Assembly: GCF_001194135.2 (NCBI RefSeq)
Contig: NC_068992.1
Location: 20,261,235 to 20,325,234 of the forward strand
DNA length: 64,000 nt
Origin: Octopus bimaculoides
Taxonomy: Eukaryota
Reading direction: 5' to 3'
The notes under the pieces were generated by a model. It was not told the DNA's origin and did no database searches. It worked only from the letters and a program-made list of their open reading frames with translations. Positions 12,395 through 26,394 of this stretch are shown piece after piece. The position numbers were made by a program, and so were the translations under genes. How positions within the stretch are numbered: the first letter of the stretch is position 1; each line of letters starts with the position of its first letter.

Positions 12395-12570
12395 GGCGAC
12401 GACTGGCATTTCGTCTGTCTTGACGTTCCTAGATCAAATTCCACGGTGGTCGACTTTGTCATTCATTCTTTCGAGGTCGATAATTTAGAAACCAGTTGAA
12501 GTCTGGAGTACATGTACTCGTCCTAACCACTCCACCAAAATTATTGGCCTTGTGCCAAAATTTGAAGCCA
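12395..12570 (+). mobile_element. SINE family 1, diverged copy
   Basis: ggcatttcgtctgtcttgacgttcctagatcaaattccacggtggtcgactttgtcattcattctttcgaggtcgataatttagaaaccag. Confidence 0.75.
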
Positions 12571-12774
12571 ATATATTCGATTCAAGAAAAAAAAAAGTGT
12601 CTATTTGTCGATTTAAATCTAATGAGCTAATTATGTCATGAATATGGGGAAAGCCTATTCCATTGATGCCCTTCCATATTTGCCCTCTAGACATATTCGC
12701 GTGTAATATATTGTGAAAGAAATTTACGAAAATCCACTCATGCTTCCCATTGTTTCCTTTTAGTTTTGTTACAA

Positions 12775-12965
12775 AGCCAACAGTTCTGAGAGGAGGCGGT
12801 AAGTCAATTATATCGACCGTAACGCCCGACTGGTACTTTATTTCAGCGAACTCAACGAGAGAAAAGGCAAAGTTGATGTTGGCGTAACTTGAAGTCAGGT
12901 CATAAGGAGCCGAAAGAAACGTTGCTACGCACATTGTCTAAAGAGCGAGCGATTCGGATAGCTCA
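12775..12965 (-). mobile_element. SINE family 1, diverged copy
   Basis: aagtcaattatatcgacc...ctggtactttatttc...gaaaaggcaaagttgatgttggcgtaacttgaagtcag, matching the 10915-11080 copy. Confidence 0.65.
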
Positions 12966-13649
12966 CAACTATCCTACATAACGTTGCCAATTTAAAATAA
13001 GTGACTAATGCTATTTAATCTACCTCATATATATCTAACATCTTAGCGTACTTCTGAAATTTTTCCATAGATTATTTGATTTCCTTTGTACAACATAAAC
13101 AATGAATACTGTCTGGTACACAAAAATTCACGAAAAAGTAATTGCTTCTTACTTCTTAGTGTGTCCGAAACTTTAAAGAATTAGTAAAATTTCTGAAATA
13201 ATATACATAGTAAGAGTTCTTTTGCTAAAATACTTCAGATGATGATAAACTACGATAATCCAGGTTGAAGTTTAACAGTTTGGTTTCTCCAAAAGTATAG
13301 TTGAAAGTTAAAATGTTGATTTTTTTTCGGGAAATGCATCCATTTTTAGAAGCGAAAATGACCGACATTTATTTTTCTAATTCCTTAAGTTTTCAATAAT
13401 GAAAACTCGAAGTAATAGCGTAGGCAGATAAAACGAACAACACATGACATGAACTCTCTAACGTACAAGCCAAATCCTTACTGTGCTTGTATGACGAGGT
13501 AATTGTATACAATGTTGACGAAAACACACAAGCAGATACATAGATATGTAGAAAGATATATATATGTATNNNNNNNNNNNNNNNNNNNNNNNNNNNNNNN
13601 NNNNNNNNNNNNNNNNNNNNNNNNNNNNNNNNNNNNNNNNNNNNNNNNN

Positions 13650-13694
<45 letters not shown>

Positions 13695-16600
13695 CATAAA
13701 TACATACACACATATACGCGCCGCACACACATACACATGCATTCAAATATATATAGTCATTTATACCACTGAATGATATAGCTTATAATAAAAGGAAAGA
13801 CAGCGTAAATCCTAGTAAATATCTGGTGTCTAAGTGATTATAGAAAATCCTTCGTAATACATCAAATAAAGTAGAATAACTGAGTTAGTATTTAAGCTTG
13901 TAAAACCTCATCACGAACAGCTTACAATATTTACAAATACGTAAGTTGTTAGTATTTGTGTAAGACGTTATTGTCCCAATCAAGATGTCATGTCTTTTAC
14001 TAAATTATTCGACGAAATTACGCTGAAATATTTAGGATTTAGGTTGTCCAAATATCTTTTTATTTTGTTGTGCAATATGATGAAACGATTGCCTAAAAAT
14101 GTGAATTATGCCTGCGATAATGTTCAAAGCCGCTATCTACCTGGAAGTCTGGTCCAAATTAGACATCGAAACTTTCATTTTTCTACACTTGAGGGACAAG
14201 AATCACTTCTGTCCAGCATTGACATACTTCAACAAGTACTTAGTTGTACGCTCACCTACCTGTCTTGGCTTATTTGTTCTTATGTAAAACCTTCCACAAA
14301 TCTACATGGAAATGTCTACCCCGGGTGAATATCTACTCCAACTGAATCTAAATGTACATAAATGCTACAGCTATTGACATTTGGACACGTATACAGCAGA
14401 AATACGTGCCATCTTGGAATCTAGTTTGAATTTCATGTGGATAATACTGTAATAAACAAAATTGGAACGTGTATACGTCTCAATTTTTTTTTTATATCTT
14501 GATTATAAATGTGTATGCATGTGTATGTATATATATATATAAAGAGTGAGAGAGGGGGAAACAGAGAGAAAGATAGATAGATGGTGGATAGATAATAGAT
14601 AGATAGATATATAGATAGATAGATAGATAGATATAGTGTATGCGTGGTAACATAGATATTGAAAGCAATATATTTGGCGCATTAAGCATCAATTTTAAGG
14701 CATCGGAATGTATGGAAATATTACCTTAGGAATATTTAATTAGTATTAATATGGCTCCAGTGACATCCTAGTATCTTAAATCTTTTGTATTCTTATTTTT
14801 CCTTTTTAATTGTCAAACTCTATCTTTGTTGCATTCAATAACTTCTGTCTGCGTAAATGCTTCAAGAAAATTACAGTATTCTTTAGGAGAGAAAGAAGGA
14901 AAAACATGGCACTATTACTAATGCATGTACATTAATGTTTTACAACTGTAGAATTTAATTTCCCTTTCTGGTTAATAGCGAGCTTCGGGATGTTTATGAG
15001 CAGAAAGTAAAAGGGAAGTTATACGATACAAAATTAAATTTACATTTCCTGTAATTTTTATCCGCAGTTAAGCTTAATAGTAGTATGGATTTTGTTCATT
15101 ATTGTACGTTTTGTGATTTATATTTTATGATATTTAAGATATCATTAACTACTTACGTTGTCATTAGCCAATTATGCTATGAACGTCTAAGTAGATACAG
15201 AATATACTCATTCAATCATCTTAGATTTAGGAATGGTTTGAGGCTGTTTGGATCCAAGGAAAACCTTATTGGCAGTTTAGTGTAAAATACACATTCTCTA
15301 TTGAAAACGTTGTGCTAAAGTCAAGGATAAAACTGGTCAGTTTTACCAAACCTGTAATAAGTGCCTTTCAATGAAATCATCAGAAATAGCATCAATCTGT
15401 AGAAAGATGCTGATTAAGCAACTTATTACGTTGAAGGCAAATGGGAAATGACTTAGGTTAAAGTTTGGTGTTAGTTCATTTAATATCCTTACCTATTTTA
15501 AAAAACCCACTGTGTAATTCCTTCAAAAGATAGTCTTAATAACTTTTGATATAAATAAGGAAGTAACATTATAATACAATACAGAATTAATGAAGCTTTG
15601 AAAAATATAATCTACATAGAAATGGAATTCTCAAACCTATTTCAATTCCCTATTTCTAACCATGGCATTTGAAATTACATAGTAAATCTTTCTAAGCGTT
15701 AAGAAAAGAAAATATTCATTCATTGTGTGAAAAGTTTCTTTTAATCGTTGATGTTATTTTATTTTACGTCAGTAATAGTTTCAAAGAGATAAAAATTGTG
15801 TCGTTTCATTCTTTTTTTACCAGTGGAAAGTAATGATGAAGTTTCACTGGGTCACAATTATGCTATATTTTCTTACTCCTTTATGTACTTTGAAAACTGT
15901 TTTGTATGTGAGTGCACTCATATATAGTGCGTATTTTGAAATGAATTAAGATACGATATGTCGGAGTATAGAACTTAATTTTCTATCTTTAGTGAAGAAA
16001 TACGGAAATGAATCATACATTTACACACATTCAAAGTATATAATAAAGTAGTGTGTAACTATGCGTGAGATAAGGAAGAGAGTATGTGATATAAAGTAAT
16101 TCTCTCGCAAAAAAGGTTAATTGCTTTGAGACCTACCATAACAGAAACCACATAAACCTTCTTGCTTTAATTTACTCTGTATTCATTAGCCGGCAGCTAT
16201 TAGGATAAACATAATACTTTTCAAAAAATGTATTAGAAAGCATTATGAAGTCGAAAGTTACTTCCCCTCGGACTGAGTTTTGTTCTTCTGTTTTGATTGT
16301 TGTCTGAAAGGTATTTATATACTTTGCCTTGCTAAAGTCATTTAGAAAACTATAAAACTAACAATAGAGCCTCTATAAATTTGGATTTTGTAACTAAAGT
16401 ACAAATCAATAGTGAGTTGGCAGAGTGTCAATCGGGCGTATAATTTCAATTCTCACCAACGGCCATTTTAGAGGAATTTTTTGTTGTTATCGGGTAGTCC
16501 TTGGAAGTATAAACTTTCTATTTCCTTTCCCACATAAACATGCTACCTTCATGTATTGAAACGCTATGTTTCCCTTCACATACAATTAACTTTATGAGGC

Positions 16601-17298
16601 AATAATAGCTGAGTGTTACAGACTGGAAGTTGAATTCGATACCACGTTTCTGCGTTCAACAAAAGTCCTAACATAGCAAAGTATTGTGATTTAAATTTGG
16701 CAGACAAACACACTGTGGAATCCCGACTGAAGACCTATTTTTGTTTGTAGTTGTTCAACTTAATCTTACTTCGAGCTTTAGGGCTCATGTTCATATGCAC
16801 CTGCAAAATAATTTTAAAATTTGGGCCACAATTCTGCCCGATAAACGAATAACTTTCACCCTCTTTCATTTCCCGAAGACTCAAAAAATGAAAAACTGCT
16901 TTGTATACTTCCTGCTTTCATTTAGGTAATTTATTAAAAATTATAGTGATAATGAATGTTGAAAACACTCATATATTTCTTTCATATATAAGATATTCAT
17001 CCAAGTAAATAAGTTCACTTAAATGTAATCTTTTTTATGATTTCATTCATTAATATTGTGCACTAAAATAGTGGGATGCATGCACGTTGCTCGTAAGATA
17101 CATAAAAATGTCTTTGCCAAATCTACCATACAGAATTTTGAACCAAATATCATTTTCAACCAAATATCATTTGTTTCAGAACTTCTTGATGAAATGTATT
17201 TTCTTCGTCTTCAGTTTATTAAATGTAACTACAAACTACCTTCAGATAATCAGAAAAACATAAACAACATTATTCCATTTTCTTTCTTCTACTTTCAG

Positions 17299-17448
17299 TG
17301 CCGCCGAAAATCATTGAACACTTATCAAGCGTAGATACGAACGTAAGAGAAGGGGAAACAGTTAGTTTAGTTTGCAATGTAACAGGAATACCTCAGCCAA
17401 CCGTCACTTGGTACCGACAAAAAAGACATGAAGGTGGTGTAAAAGAAC
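17299..17448 (+). CDS. Exon A (first visible) of lachesin/DIP/IgLON-like Ig cell-adhesion gene: N-terminal half of Ig domain 2
   Basis: Polypyrimidine tract tctttcttctactttcag|TG acceptor and AAC|gtaagt donor; 150 nt, phase 1-1. Translates (V)PPKIIEHLSSVDTNVREGETVSLVCNVTGIPQPTVTWYRQKRHEGGVKE, with the Ig B-strand Cys (LVC), C-strand Trp (VTWY) and an NVT sequon. Confidence 0.93.
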
Positions 17449-18848
17449 GTAAGTATTTAAACACAAAGAATATATAGACATACGACAAGTGTGATGTTCA
17501 TGTTTGTTGCCATTGTTATTATTATTTTTTAAGGATTGAACACTTTTTATTTTCAAAGTAATAAACAGAAAACCAGAAAACATTTTGACAACCACACATA
17601 TAAGTGTATAACATTTGTAAGATAAACTATGTAATTGTTCGTGAGTTGACGTCAATATTAATACATTTAGTAAAGGCAGAAATGTTAGCATGCTCAGTAA
17701 AATGCCTAACGCCATTTCGACGGCTTTTACGTTTTGAGTTCCTGTTCCGCCTTAACCTTTCAATTTTCTGGGCCTTAACCTTTCAATTTGAAACCAATTT
17801 ATTACATTTGATTAAATAGATGCATAGGAAGTTTAAGAGATAACAACATATAAAATATTATTCGGTGTCCATATATACATATGTATGAATATATGCATAT
17901 ATGATATGTGTGTATGTATGTATGCGCGTATGGATATATATGTGTGTAGATATATAATTGTATATGCATATATGTATGTATATATGAATATATATATATA
18001 TATATATANNNNNNNNNNNNNNNNNNNNNNNNNNNNNNNNNNNNNNNNNNNNNNNNNNNNNNNNNNNNNNNNNNNNNNNNNNNNNNNNNNNNNNNNNNNN
18101 NNNNNNNNNNNNNNNNNNNNNNNNNNNNNNNNNNNNNNNNNNNNNNNNNNNNNNNNNNNNNNNNNNNNNNNNNNNNNNNNNNNNNNNNNNNNNNNNNNNN
18201 NNNNNNNNNNNNNNNNNNNNNNNNNNNNNNNNNNNNNNNNNNNNNNNNNNNNNNNNNNNNNNNNNNNNNNNNNNNNNNNNNNNNNNNNNNNNNNNNNNNN
18301 NNNNNNNNNNNNNNNNNNNNNNNNNNNNNNNNNNNNNNNNNNNNNNNNNNNNNNNNNNNNNNNNNNNNNNNNNNNNNNNNNNNNNNNNNNNNNNNNNNNN
18401 NNNNNNNNNNNNNNNNNNNNNNNNNNNNNNNNNNNNNNNNNNNNNNNNNNNNNNNNNNNNNNNNNNNNNNNNNNNNNNNNNNNNNNNNNNNNNNNNNNNN
18501 NNNNNNNNNNNNNNNNNNNNNNNNNNNNNNNNNNNNNNNNNNNNNNNNNNNNNNNNNNNNNNNNNNNNNNNNNNNNNNNNNNNNNNNNNNNNNNNNNNNN
18601 NNNNNNNNNNNNNNNNNNNNNNNNNNNNNNNNNNNNNNNNNNNNNNNNNNNNNNNNNNNNNNNNNNNNNNNNNNNNNNNNNNNNNNNNNNNNNNNNNNNN
18701 NNNNNNNNNNNNNNNNNNNNNNNNNNNNNNNNNNNNNNNNNNNNNNNNNNNNNNNNNNNNNNNNNNNNNNNNNNNNNNNNNNNNNNNNNNNNNNNNNNNN
18801 NNNNNNNNNNNNNNNNNNNNNNNNNNNNNNNNNNNNNNNNNNNNNNNN

Positions 18849-18907
<59 letters not shown>

Positions 18908-19105
18908 TTGCCTCCTAACATCGCTTGACAACCAATGTTGCTGTGTTTACGTGCCCTTACTTAGCAGTTTGGCAAAAGAGACCTATAGAATAAGACAGTA
19001 CGTACTAGGCTTAAAAAGCATAAGTCCTGGGGCCGATTTCTTTGACTAAAAGCTTTTTTCCGGCTGTACTCTTGCATGACTGCAGTAAAATCACTGCAAC
19101 AAATA
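18849..19105 (+). mobile_element. SINE family 3, 3' half following (TG)n and a gap
   Basis: (tg)n then cctcctaacatcgcttgacaaccaatg...ggcaaaagagacctatagaataag...taagtcctggggccgatttctttgactaaa. Confidence 0.8.
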
Positions 19106-19249
19106 TAAGAATAAAATTAAAAAATAGATGGATAGATAGATAGATAGACAGATAGATAGATAGATAGATAGATAATTATATAAATATATATACTCTATAT
19201 TATTTAGTATTTATTAATGTTGTAATCGGACCTGTGTCTCGTCGCTTTC

Positions 19250-19545
19250 ACATTTCTAACGAGGACATACCTGGTTCATTGCTGACTCTGACATTTGCAA
19301 GGGATCGTCTGCAACTCGACAGTTTTTAGAAAACCACAGACTCTTTGATATTTCCGTATGTTGACGAATATGTTTAAACATATAACTCAGCACGCACAAG
19401 AACAACAGCTAAATGTTGTTCATCAACGAAGACACGTCACTGAATTCACCCCTCAGCCCTTCCTTTCCAGAGCATCAACCATCTGGTATTTCCTTCATCT
19501 TCATATATTCTCTATGAGTAATCAACCACAAACGTTTTAAGCGAA
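19250..19545 (+). mobile_element. CR1-like LINE 3' relic
   Basis: ORF 19358-19540 ends FLSRASTIWYFLHLHIFSMSNQPQTF, resembling the CR1 terminal motif F.PRT..LWN.LP..IF....NLQ.FK. Confidence 0.4.
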
Positions 19546-19904
19546 ATGTTGAAGACGTTAAATTCAATTTTCTAGAAGAAACTGCAATTCCTTAGGAGAA
19601 AGTCACACAGAAATAGATATTGAAACCCGTTAAGTTGTGGTATATATGAAGGTTATACAGTATAGAAATGAACTATATGTTTATAAAAAATACATATACA
19701 AAGCATATGATATGCAGCTGCACAGTTTCCATCTAAAAGAAACTGGCCCGATGTATTTGTATTAGTGAATCGGACATGTATTCAATTTCTCTCCGGAATG
19801 TGTTCGAATAAGAATTAGAGCAATTGCAAATAACACCTCACAAACGCCCAGCATATCTTGATGCATATTTAAGGACTAAGATCTAGAACCTAAGAATTCT
19901 GTCT

Positions 19905-20630
19905 CTGCGTATAATCTTGGGCAAGTGTTTTCTGTTATATATCCAAGTTGGCCACTGCCTTGTGAGTAAATTTGAGAGAGGGGAAAACTATATATGTATG
20001 TACGTTTATATGTGTGTCTCTATATATGTATATATGTATGTATATATATATATATATATATATATGCTGTATATATTCTGTATATATTTTATCTAATAAA
20101 CGCAATAAATATATTTACTATTAGTTTCATATGCTGAGAACATGCCAAACAAGGATTTTAACACGTCTGTTGACCTATCGCAATCATCAGACATTTCCCA
20201 CATGGCATATTAGAAAGCACTGAGTTAAAATACAGGGTTTGGCATGTTCTCAGGACATTAAATTAGAAGTCACACATAAATACATGTACTGTGTTTATTG
20301 AATAGTATTTATCCCTCACCAGATGGTGAACATTTTTGTTGAACTTACCATCACGGAACAGAACACTACATATATATGTACATATATGTATATATGTATG
20401 AATGCATGTATGCATGTATGTATTATATCTAAGTATGCATGCTTGTGTGTGACTGTCTTTGTGGGTCAACCCTGTAAAGCGGTTGACATCCGCTGCTGGT
20501 CTTATTATGTCTCCGCAGTTTAGCAGTTCAGCAAACCTCCGATTGAATAATTACTAAAATTAAAAGAAATAAGTATTGGGTGTATTTGTTCGACTAAACC
20601 CTTCAACGCAGTCAAATGACTGAAACCAAT
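19905..20630 (+). mobile_element. SINE family 3 remnants (head 19905-20000, tail 20450-20630)
   Basis: aatcttgggcaagtgttttctgttata...gccttgtgagtaaatttg and gtatttgttcgactaaacccttcaacgcagtcaaatgactgaaac. Confidence 0.6.
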
Positions 20631-20749
20631 AAATGATTTATATTGCTCGCTTGATTAGATTAAATTAATACTCCAATAAATAATGAATTAACTGTTTAAA
20701 TACATGACTGAATAAAAAGCTATGAATACTTGAATAAATTCTTTCGAAT

Positions 20750-20940
20750 GTTGGCACAAGGTCAGCAAATTAAAATAAATACCAGTGACTGCTCCACTGG
20801 TATTTATTTCACAGAATCCGAAAGGATGAAAGGCAAAGTTGATCTCTACTTAAAATGATTTCAGAACGTAAAGAACTGGAAGAAGTTTCGTTAAACTTTT
20901 TTCCGATGTAGAAATAATACTGCCAGATCCCCGCCTGAAA
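20750..20940 (-). mobile_element. SINE family 1, diverged copy
   Basis: ccgaaaggatgaaaggcaaagttgatct...tcagaacgtaaag...tgccagatccccgcc. Confidence 0.7.
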
Positions 20941-22759
20941 ATATAAACTTAAATAAATAGTACCTTCTTATCCATATAAGATGAAATAGTTTAATGCTTA
21001 AATCATTAAGTAGTAGTAAATGAAACCTGATAAGATGAGCGATATATGAAAGCTACACATTATAGACGTAAATTATATGCTTATACCAAGACATCACCTC
21101 AGGTAAAATGTAGGCAGGGAATAAGAGTGGGTTGGCCTGCTACGAATTGTATTCAAATATCAATTTATCCCTTTCGGTATAACGAAAAAATACGTGTTTC
21201 CGACACACGTTTGGTAAAAGCGCATGCTCGAACAACATGCATATATCAAGAATGCGTTGGGTGGATATAAATAACTGCTCGAAACAACTATCATTTTGGG
21301 GCAGTGTCTTCAATGATCCAACATTATGCGCTTCAAAATTAGGATATTATGCGTATACTCCTTTGGGTGCATGAACTCTTGAATATTCAAATTGAGCACG
21401 AAGCCTGAAGTGATTTACACCTAGATATAATTTTCTTCTATATCACGTGTTCTTCGAATGCTCGTTGTGCAACATGAAATTCAGAATTAAGTGATAAAAG
21501 TTCTCACTGTTACGACCCCGTGATTTTATATTGTAAACAGGCACTTGTGAAATGTAAAAGAAAATTTTGTAGAAAGAAAGTAAGTGGCTTGGACTGATAG
21601 TTGAACAAACAAAGGTTGTGATCTGGTCATAGATGTTGAAAACATGTAACTGAATACTGGAACCTGACCCGACTGTTGCTTAATTGCTTTTCCTCGCATT
21701 TAATTAATATTCCCGTAAATCTTACTTTAAAGTGTAAAAGACTTATGGATTCAAGTTAAATTATATATTATTGACTGTAACTCCATTATCGATTTTTGAT
21801 GGGGAGAGCGAGTATTTGTGACTAGTCTCGACTCAGAATTTTCAGACTTAATGGCAGACTCCAGTCTTCGGCTGTGCGTATATTTTACGATTATTTGTTA
21901 GGAAGGCGCAACTGGTAGTAGTTTAAACATGATTAGTTAATCCACTCATCTGAGTTTAAATACTATAAAGAATAAGCTTTGTATGTGTATTCCCTATTCG
22001 TAGTGCTTCGGTATAGTGTGTTGCAATACGGGATTAATTGTGACTTGAAGTGGAGAGAACAGATAATTTGTGAAAGAGTTAGTTAGATTATTGTTTTATA
22101 TAGTGTTATACTAAGGCTTAGAAGCAATACATTACAATTTTGATAACGAATGAACAAGAGCCATGGAGAGACTCCTGAAACGTTCACATGAAAAGCAAGA
22201 AATAGCAGCCAAGCTTTGCACAAGTAGCGTCATACAATCTTTGGAAACAATACGGTAAATTACAAAATATATCCATAAGCAGTGATAAAAATTAGACATT
22301 GCAGATAAACAATATCTTTTTTTTTTTATTAACGTTCGCTTGGAGCTACGCAGTGACATAAACTTCATGGTCGTTCCTTAGTTACCTCGGTTTTTCATTA
22401 CTTTCAGGGTGCGCGAGAAAGGTTGAGAGCAATATATACCTATATATATATATNNNNNNNNNNNNNNNNNNNNNNNNNNNNNNNNNNNNNNNNNNNNNNN
22501 NNNNNNNNNNNNNNNNNNNNNNNNNNNNNNNNNNNNNNNNNNNNNNNNNNNNNNNNNNNNNNNNNNNNNNNNNNNNNNNNNNNNNNNNNNNNNNNNNNNN
22601 NNNNNNNNNNNNNNNNNNNNNNNNNNNNNNNNNNNNNNNNNNNNNNNNNNNNNNNNNNNNNNNNNNNNNNNNNNNNNNNNNNNNNNNNNNNNNNNNNNNN
22701 NNNNNNNNNNNNNNNNNNNNNNNNNNNNNNNNNNNNNNNNNNNNNNNNNNNNNNNNNNN

Positions 22760-22795
<36 letters not shown>

Positions 22796-22854
22796 GCACA
22801 CACATGCACGCACACACACGCATGCACACACATACATACACACTCACTCACTTT

Positions 22855-23085
22855 TCCTGCGATCACGTGACGATCCAGGCGGTCAGATGTTCATCGTAGA
22901 TGTTGAACATCGTTAATCACAATGTGCTTTGCCTTGTTTTAGCCTTCAGATTACGCCAACCCGCTTGTTAGCTGGGCAGGTCAACATTTCCCCACTGAAC
23001 GAAACGGGGACTGGAGCAAGGTAAAGTGAAGTGTTTTGCTAAAGAAATCAACGCACCTCTCAACCAAGAAATCGAGCCCAGCCTT
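22855..23085 (-). mobile_element. SINE family 4 (ccttgagcaagacactt...gttgctcc core) with cctgcccagcta...cacgtgat tail
   Basis: Reverse complement: tttagcaaaacacttcactttaccttgctccagtcc...gttgacctgcccagctaacaagcgggttggcgtaat...gtcacgtgatc. Confidence 0.6.
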
Positions 23086-23342
23086 GTATATATGTATGTT
23101 TATATCTATCAGGAATTTTAAATGGTTGTGAATATGGCCAACTAACTTACGAGAGGTAGTGGCTTTCTTCAACAAATATAACAGTTTTAACAAAGAGAGC
23201 AACATTTTTTTAAAATGTAGTCTTAGTGGCTCGAAAATTACATCAAACAAGTAGAATTCTTTCTAAAACGAGCATGTGGTCTGGCCTAATTGTACGATAA
23301 CCAAATGAAAAAAATCAATTTAACAGCACTGTAAATTCTACC

Positions 23343-23830
23343 TTGACATATATCTCTTGCCACATACATACACTGATATATACATGCATACATACATACA
23401 TACATACATACAAACATACATTCATACATACATACATACGTACATACATATATACATGTACACACACAAACATACATATATGCACATACATACATGCACA
23501 CACATTCATACATATATACACGTAGGTACACACATACATACACGCAGACATACATGCACTTACACATATACATACATATATACATACATGTATGCATGTG
23601 TACATACATTCAAACGAACAAATGGCAAAACTTTTCTGAAGTTGTAAATATAAATTTGCTATTGTTAACTACATCCCAATTCGAATAATTAAAAGCTGAA
23701 GAAAAAACACACACATACATAGATGCACATACATGCATACATGCATACATACATACGTACATACGTACGTGCATACATACATACATACTTCATGCATACG
23801 TGCTTCTGTATATGTATGTACATGTGTGTA
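23343..23830. repeat. Complex (TACA)n/(CA)n simple-repeat field
   Basis: Imperfect catacatacata arrays; source of the MYVC/HTYI ORFs. Confidence 0.9.
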
Positions 23831-25269
23831 TGTGTGTATAGGTGAATGTATATACGTTGTGTGTTTATGAGAACATGCGGTTGCCTGCATTTGCGTCATC
23901 ATATGCATAAATCCTATATCGGTGCATATGTTTGCTGTATGTTTACGAAACAGTATATGATGTGTCGTAATGTAACACTGTTTATATGAAAGTTTCATAA
24001 GCGATTACGTAAGAAATTTTGGATATTTTTCTTTATTTTTTGAATGCAGATTTTTTTTTTATATGATGAATTTGCTAATCCTATCTTCACGACGTATTTG
24101 TTGTCCAACTTGAAAGTTATATATGACGGCCTCTAATCGAATTTATTTCTGATAGATGAGTTGTTGTTTTGCCTCTCCATTTTATATTCAGAACCAATTG
24201 ATTTATGAATGCTTTGGTCAATATTTTTGTTTATTAATACTTAAATAATATAGCGTGTGTTATGATGATGGCGATATCGTTGCTATTTCTAACTCTTCAC
24301 TGAAGGTGGCACTGTCATATTTTGATAATAAATGGTAATATGCAATAATCGATGTTAGCAACTTTCTCGCATTCCGTGTAAATGTTTGTCATGAAATTCT
24401 TCGAAAAAGAAATAAATAAACGATTCATTGTCTTGATTAAATTTCGAAATCTTAAACCAAATTCAATCTTTGCTGAAGGTTTACCGGCATTTGGTATCTA
24501 TTATGGTTTCATGAGAAAATTGTATTAAAAGAAGAAATTCTTGAATAAACATCGTTGGCTGTTCTTGGAGATAAAATTACGTGGGAAACAGAAAATTTAA
24601 CTGCATGATTCCACTCCTCCGTCACCATCCAGAAAAGTCATCTAAAATAATCTTTATTTAAAGAGATGCAGACCGATCGACCCACTTAAAGTAAACAACA
24701 TGATAGGCAGAAAGTTTTAAAAGATAAATTCCGATGCTATTATTCAAAGTAAGAGCGACGACGATACAAGAAGATTTTCGTAACTATGCAGATATCTTCA
24801 GTTTACCAAAGAGAAACACGATGGAAGAAAGAACATTACACAACAACACATTCTAACTACTATTTATTTAAGTTGCCTTGTTGAGTCAGAAGCTTTAATT
24901 AAACAGCAATGCAAACAGAAAAACTGCTTGTTTTACATGGTGCGAACCAAGAATACTATGTAAACGAACAATGTCGTACACGTTTCCCAAGACAAACGAA
25001 TTGTTTGCTGATGGCAAAAGATAGGGAGGGAAAAGAGAAATGAAAAGGAAACAAATCATGAAGAAAAACACACATAAATGCTAAACTTCTTAGAACTAAT
25101 TGTATGAAGCAAAGTTAAAAAGAAGTAATTAATCAAAGAGAAATATTGTCTGTCAGAAAATAGCTTAAGATGACGGAATATTTAGTACGGTTAATTGCTC
25201 GCACAAACACATAAGTATTAGCACATATGTATCATGTATATATATATTTATTTATATATATATATATAT

Positions 25270-25304
<35 letters not shown>

Positions 25305-25343
25305 TGCGTGTGTATACATATATGTGTGTGTGTATATATATGC

Positions 25344-25382
<39 letters not shown>

Positions 25383-25689
25383 TAGATAGATAGATATAGA
25401 TATAGATATAGATATATACATACAGTTATTTACGCATATACGGCACACATACACTAACACACACGTACATGTATGGACATTGGCATACACACACACATAC
25501 GTACTCACAATTGTGTTAATGAGATTTATTTTACCTGTAACTTGATGTCTAATAGGTGCCCTATTACTACCTAACGAATTACCAGGAAAGAATTTCAGGT
25601 ATCAATGAACATTTTGTATTCTTACAGTCATATTATATCTTCTTTTTCTTATTCTTCTTTGGCATTATTCTCGAAGCCGAGTATATTTT

Positions 25690-26390
25690 AAAGGTTATTC
25701 TCTTCCTCGCTTATTTATCATTCTTAGTAATGCTTCCATTTTTCATGGTTGTACCTTCCGATGCTTGAGATGAACTTTTGTTCACAGAACATGCACCGAA
25801 GCTGCAGAGACGGTAACTCTCCAAGAAGTCGCTGCCGTGCTCTTACCTTCCTTCTGGTTCTTTTTTCTTCAGCCTGCTGGTATGGAACAAAGTCTGCAGT
25901 AACCGCTCCTTCTACGCATAATCGCATCCAGTACTTACGGTCTTCCTCGACATATTCCCAGTTGACAGGTAGGATGTTGATCAATGGCATGGTCTTCTTG
26001 ATCGAGTCAGAGAAGCATATCTTAGGTGCACCCATTGGCCGATGACCGTCTGCACGCTCAGAGTACAGGATCTCATTAGGCGTTCTCTGGCAATCACTTT
26101 GCATGTCTCAACCATCGGCTTCATATTTTTCAATGATGGTTTGGATTCTCATGGTTTTTGTCTTTGCCACTACTTCATTATTTTAACAGTCATCCCATTT
26201 AACATCCAAATTGAATCACACTTTTGTTTGACGAAACCTCTCAGTTCGATGCCTTTATTTTAACGCTACATACACTTTTCCCTATCACCAAGTAGTGTGG
26301 AAATCATAGTACATTTTGATACACTATATGAGCCTCAAGATATGATGTTTTGCTGTTCGACTGACAAAGAAAAATTGAAGGAGCAACAGA
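25690..26390 (-). mobile_element. RTE-clade LINE, 3' part of ORF2
   Basis: ORF 25724-26104 (RTPNEILYSERADGHRPMGAPKICFSDSIK...WE...DRKYW...CMFCEQKFISSIGRYNH) plus upstream ISTLL, ERFRQ, VKWDD, NNEV. Matches RTE/BovB-type C-terminal motifs (PK.ILY.EL..G.R..G.PK.RF.D.LK; C..C...F.S.IG...H). Confidence 0.85.
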
Positions 26391-26394
26391 GAAT

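Noticed and set aside
13860-13946. GTAAGT at ~13941 as donor of the missing Ig1 exon
   Set aside because: The upstream sequence has no Ig-like translation or good acceptor.
21046-21400. QGIRVGWP resembling the RT GIRQGCP motif
   Set aside because: No YADD or other flanking RT motifs found in any frame.
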